From: a virus
Lineage: Duplodnaviria; Caudoviricetes
Length of the DNA: 64,000 nt
IMG/VR virus record: IMGVR_UViG_3300034062_005626
Reading direction: 5' to 3' (one strand)
Shown: positions 60,446 through 64,000 of the stretch, piece by piece
Layout of the letters: the number at the start of each line of letters is the position of its first letter
Position numbering within the stretch: position 1 is the first letter of the stretch
Made by a program: the position numbers and the translations under genes
Notes under the pieces: model-generated
Told to the model about the DNA's origin: nothing
Seen by the model: only the letters and a program-made list of their open reading frames with translations
Databases searched by the model: none

Positions 60446-62317
60446 TTATCTCAATTCGTTTAAGTCAAATGAACGAACTCCATCAACTGTGATACGTCCG
60501 TAGAAACGGTTATTAACCATTTTCTTAGCGTATCTTGTCATAATACCTTTGATAGGTGTAAAGTTGAATGGGTTGTACATTGTAGGTGTTAATTGTAGAG
60601 GTACATATGGTGCGTAAACGTAACCTGTATCTAACAATGACGTTCCTTTGTGTCCTAACAATACTTGGTTTGCTGGGAAGTAAGGGTCACGGTATACTTG
60701 GTAACGACCTGCTAATGTACCAACTCTTTCAATACCCATATTGTATTGGTCTTGCTCAGGAGATGCGTTAGATACGTGGAAGTATTCTAAGTCATCAAAG
60801 ATTGCAGAAACCTCAGAAGAAACAACAATCCAGTTTGCTCCACCTCTCAAAGTAGATTTGTGGATTTGTGCAGACAATTGGTTGATTGCCGTAATTAAAG
60901 TTTGGTTCCAGTCTTTTTGAGTATAAGAAGTTGTGTTAGACAATCTTCTCCATCCGTTGTAATCCCAACGTAAGTTCCAAGCCGCTCCTTTACGTAAGTC
61001 ACGAAGAATTTCACGGTCAATCTCTGCAGCCACTTGCTCAGATAATAAAGCTGTTAATTCAGCCTCAGCGTCGATGTTATGGAATGCAGAAACGTCTTGT
61101 GCCAATTCAGGAGACCATTGTGCTCTTAGTTTTCTTTCTGTAACTGATACAGTAACTGACTCAAGGTCAAAAGAAACCTCACCAATTTGGTCTTCAAATT
61201 CTAATTCTTTGTAACGTCTCCAAGCGGCCATAATAATTGTGTTACCTTGAGTTCCTGACCAAGAAGATGCGGTTAAAGTTGCTCCTGAATATCCGTCGAT
61301 TGTAGCTGCGTTAGTACAAGAAACACATACGGGTACTTGTGCGTCGATTTCTAAGTAGATAAATCCTGTTTGAGAACAAACGTTGTCATAGTAACCACCA
61401 TTACCACCTGTAGATGATGTACCAAAAGGGGCTTGTGTTAAAGTTGAAGTAGGTCCTACGATTCCTTGTCCATACTTCTGAGTAACAACTCTATAAAGTA
61501 GTGGTGTGAAAGTAGACGTACCAAGGTTTGAAGCCGCTGTAGAATTTGGAGTATAAAGTACAAGATTAGATAAGAAGGATTCTGTATCCATTTCTTGTCC
61601 ATCAGGTCCAATAAGTTTTCCAAGACCAGCATTTGTAAATCCAGATAATGCAACTAAGATTTTTCTGTATTCTAAGTTACTAGATGTTGTATAAGCTGAA
61701 GCAACTAATGCTCCGCCAGACCAAGCAACTGTAGGTGTAAAACCTGTTACAGTTACGAATTGACCTTTTGAGTAATCAAACAAACCTGCTGGGTTTAATC
61801 CTGGTTCTGCTCCTTCATAAAATAAATCATAAAGATTTTTTTGGTACGTTGAATTGTAGTCACCAGTTCCTGTTGAGTATCCAGCTTGTGTGTTAGTGGA
61901 CGGGTTACTTGGCGAACCAATAGGTGCATAATGGTCACCTGAAACAACTCCTACAGTGTTTGTAATAACACCACCAGAATATCCTTGGATTTTAGGGATA
62001 AAGTAGAACAATTTACCGATAGGTAAGTTCATTGCTTGTACCGATACTAAATCATTAGCCAATAATTTAGAGAATACACGTCTAACGATAGGGAAAACTA
62101 CAGTTTCGAAAGAACCTGAACTATCTGAAGACGCAGCTTCGTTAATTAGGTGAGACGCTTGGTTTTCATATAACTGTGCCATGTTCTCTTTGATGTGTCC
62201 TTTAAGACCGTCTAGGAATCCTAATCTATCCCATTTGTTAATTGTATCTTCTTTGATAACTTTAAGGTGTTTTAACCCGATGTTACCAACAAGACCTGAT
62301 TCTAATAATGCTCCCAT
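60446..62317 (-). CDS. gp23: Major capsid protein (T4 gp23-like), 623 aa
   Basis: FPIVRRVF..LLANDLVSVQAMNLPIGKLFY; RKLRAQWSPELAQDV..FH.IDAEAEL..LLSEQVAAEIDREI; GYVYAPYVPL; FTPIKGIMTRY. Confidence 0.95.
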   Translation of the reverse strand: MGALLESGLVGNIGLKHLKVIKEDTINKWDRLGFLDGLKGHIKENMAQLYENQASHLINEAASSDSSGSFETVVFPIVRRVFSKLLANDLVSVQAMNLPIGKLFYFIPKIQGYSGGVITNTVGVVSGDHYAPIGSPSNPSTNTQAGYSTGTGDYNSTYQKNLYDLFYEGAEPGLNPAGLFDYSKGQFVTVTGFTPTVAWSGGALVASAYTTSSNLEYRKILVALSGFTNAGLGKLIGPDGQEMDTESFLSNLVLYTPNSTAASNLGTSTFTPLLYRVVTQKYGQGIVGPTSTLTQAPFGTSSTGGNGGYYDNVCSQTGFIYLEIDAQVPVCVSCTNAATIDGYSGATLTASSWSGTQGNTIIMAAWRRYKELEFEDQIGEVSFDLESVTVSVTERKLRAQWSPELAQDVSAFHNIDAEAELTALLSEQVAAEIDREILRDLRKGAAWNLRWDYNGWRRLSNTTSYTQKDWNQTLITAINQLSAQIHKSTLRGGANWIVVSSEVSAIFDDLEYFHVSNASPEQDQYNMGIERVGTLAGRYQVYRDPYFPANQVLLGHKGTSLLDTGYVYAPYVPLQLTPTMYNPFNFTPIKGIMTRYAKKMVNNRFYGRITVDGVRSFDLNELR

Positions 62318-62350
62318 TTTTTAATTTTTTTTAGAGTTTATTTTTATTTT

Positions 62351-63763
62351 TTATTTTATTTTGTTCATTAAATCCTTCATTCTCATAAATTGAGGATTTT
62401 CATAAGCTTTAGATTCAATCAAGTTTGATGCTGAACCATTACTTGGAGTTTTAACAACTTTTTGTGCAATTGATTCGTTCATCATAGAACTTGGTGACTC
62501 ACCAATTTCTTCTTTGATTGTTCTGTAAAGTGATTTTGATTCTTTCAAAGATTCAACAGTGTCAAATCTTCTTAAGATGTTGATTTTTTCTTGTTTTGTT
62601 GTTGAGTGTTCTGTAAACAATCTAGTAGCGTAAGCCAAATTAGAATTGAAAATTGCAACTTCATTTAATTTATTTCTAAAAAAGTCTAATGCTTTTCTAT
62701 ACTCTTCATTTTTTTCTCTTAAAGATTCCAATTCACGAGATTCAAACGTTAAATTTCTGTTTGGTGTGATTCCCTTTCTTAAACCTCTACCTTTTTTAGA
62801 ACCATTTCCATAAGTTCTAGCAGCTTCAGTTGCTTCAACGTCATCATCTTCCTCTTCGTCCATCCATCCGTCTGAAATTTCATCTTCGCCTGTTTCAGTA
62901 ACACCGTGTTTCAATTTTGAAGGATAAATATTGGTTTTAAGTTTTCCAATTTTACCTTTCGCTTTAAACGCCTCAACAACATTTTCAAGTGATTCTTGGT
63001 CGATTTCATAAACTTCTTCATCCATGCCCATATCTTCGTTATAGTCCATTTCATCCATGTACGTTTCATCCATGCCCATTTCTTCGTTATAGTCCATTTC
63101 ATCCATGTACGTTTCATCCATGCCCATTTCTTCGTTATAGTCCATTTCATCCATGTACGTTTCATCCATGCCCATATCTTCGTTATAGTCCATTTCATTC
63201 GACATCGAATCGTCTTCAAAAACCAACTCATATGTTGTATTTTCAGCCATGTTTTCGACAGGTTGTTCTGTTGGCATTTCAGGTTCGTCAACTTCCATAC
63301 TGATTAGATATTCGGTATTTGCTTTACCGTCTTTCAAGTGAACATAGTTTCCATCTTTTTGAATGATAAAACCGTCCTCATCTCCCATCGCTTTGAAAAC
63401 TTTCATAACGTCGGACATTGGTGATTTTGTCATATCAAGTGGAGGTAGTTCTTCAGTTGGACCTTCAGGAGCTCCTTCCATACCATTATCAGTACTTGGT
63501 GCCGGTAGTGCTTCCACTTCCTCTTCACCTGATACTTCTACTTCTTCTCCTTCTTCTTCTGAACCTTGTGGTTGTTCACCACCTTGTGCTTGTTCTTTTA
63601 AGGATTTTTTGGAACCCATTATAGATTCCCTTACTAATTCGCCGATTTCTTGTTTCATGGTTGAAGCAAGTATTCCTTTTGCATTTTCACTAATCGCCTC
63701 TTCGATAGACTTCATTTGTAATAAAGCCTCCTCTACTAACGATTCTGATTTTCTGTTACTCAT
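62351..63763 (-). CDS. Prohead scaffold/core protein (T4 gp22-like)
   Basis: Highly acidic coiled-coil protein immediately upstream of the MCP; C-terminal NEVAIFNSNLAYATRLF...KINILRRFD. Confidence 0.7.
   Translation of the reverse strand: MSNRKSESLVEEALLQMKSIEEAISENAKGILASTMKQEIGELVRESIMGSKKSLKEQAQGGEQPQGSEEEGEEVEVSGEEEVEALPAPSTDNGMEGAPEGPTEELPPLDMTKSPMSDVMKVFKAMGDEDGFIIQKDGNYVHLKDGKANTEYLISMEVDEPEMPTEQPVENMAENTTYELVFEDDSMSNEMDYNEDMGMDETYMDEMDYNEEMGMDETYMDEMDYNEEMGMDETYMDEMDYNEDMGMDEEVYEIDQESLENVVEAFKAKGKIGKLKTNIYPSKLKHGVTETGEDEISDGWMDEEEDDDVEATEAARTYGNGSKKGRGLRKGITPNRNLTFESRELESLREKNEEYRKALDFFRNKLNEVAIFNSNLAYATRLFTEHSTTKQEKINILRRFDTVESLKESKSLYRTIKEEIGESPSSMMNESIAQKVVKTPSNGSASNLIESKAYENPQFMRMKDLMNKIK
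63017..63198 (-). repeat. 48-bp tandem repeat, ~3.8 copies, encoding MDEMDYNE(E/D)MGMDETY
   Basis: Units start at 63017, 63065, 63113 and 63161; nearly identical at DNA level. Confidence 0.92.
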
Positions 63764-63850
63764 TTAAAAAAGCATATAATTTTGCGTTTATTTTTATAAT
63801 AAATATATCTATATTCCAAAAAGTTTGTTTTTTATATGAAAAACCGTTAA

Positions 63851-63881
63851 AAAATAAAAAAGGTCCCTTTTGGGGACCTTT
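63851..63881 (-). terminator. Intrinsic terminator
   Basis: Stem AAAGGTCCC/GGGACCTTT with a T tail on the minus strand. Confidence 0.75.
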
Positions 63882-63902
63882 ATAAAAATGTTAAGAATTT
63901 TT

Positions 63903-64000
63903 TTATTCAATAACTTCGTCAATTTTACTTTCAACTATTGCAGTGATTCTCCAATCCATTGAGTAACTTTCATAAGCTTTAGTTACTTTAGCCTCAACGT
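63903..64000 (-). CDS. DUF4494-like protein, partial (C-terminus only)
   Basis: ...VEAKVTKAYESYSMDWRITAIVESKIDEVIE-stop resembles the Bacteroidota DUF4494 C-terminal pattern. Confidence 0.45.
   Translation of the reverse strand, partial: VEAKVTKAYESYSMDWRITAIVESKIDEVIE

Larger units (their letters stand above)
10006..63805. promoter_or_regulatory. Recurrent TATTTAT motif upstream of late/structural genes (candidate late promoter)
   Basis: Plus strand at 21779, 22881, 30192, 32793, 53314, 57484, 58993; minus strand (ATAAATA on +) at 10006, 12051, 13572, 17953, 19964, 27250, 30172, 60377, 63799; always in sense orientation, mostly 4-36 nt before the start. Confidence 0.7.

Noticed and set aside
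63017-63198. Possible CRISPR array
   Set aside because: The repeats are contiguous with no unique spacers and are in frame within a coding gene
62911-63307. Overlapping repetitive ORFs (62911-63291 -, 62989-63303 +, 62996-63307 +)
   Set aside because: Shadow frames of the 48-bp scaffold repeat
1-64000. Alternative genetic code (stop-codon reassignment)
   Set aside because: Core genes (MCP, sheath, PolB, gmd) are full length under the standard code; the one interruption is a frameshifting insert, not an in-frame stop

Overview
AT-rich, densely coding 64-kb segment of a large T4-like myovirus (contractile tail) genome. The host is probably a Bacteroidota, inferred from a DUF4494-like gene and A-rich, Shine-Dalgarno-poor start regions. 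Left part (1-32 kb): baseplate, tape measure, tail chaperone, tube, sheath, neck and fibre-like genes in mixed orientation, interleaved with a SNF2 helicase, a metalloprotease-like/Mn-SOD fusion, a family B DNA polymerase and a WYL protein. Middle (32.8-52.6 kb): a free-standing homing endonuclease, then a ~19-kb glycan-biosynthesis cluster (about 9 glycosyltransferase-like genes, gmd, fcl, a GDP-mannose epimerase-like gene, ugd, three methyltransferases) that also holds nadE, dut, phoH and a 3'-5' exonuclease. Right (52.6-64 kb): a gp55-like sigma factor, baseplate spike, gp23 major capsid protein and scaffold. The most striking observation is that the first glycosyltransferase, overlapped by the homing endonuclease, is split by a 13-nt, stop-containing, frame-breaking insert between two Gly codons. 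This resembles the T4 mobA/gene 60 ribosomal-bypass cassette. A TATTTAT motif (reverse complement of the T4 late-promoter core) precedes about 17 genes. All functional calls come from motif recognition by eye; no database searches were run. No tRNA, rRNA or CRISPR array was seen.
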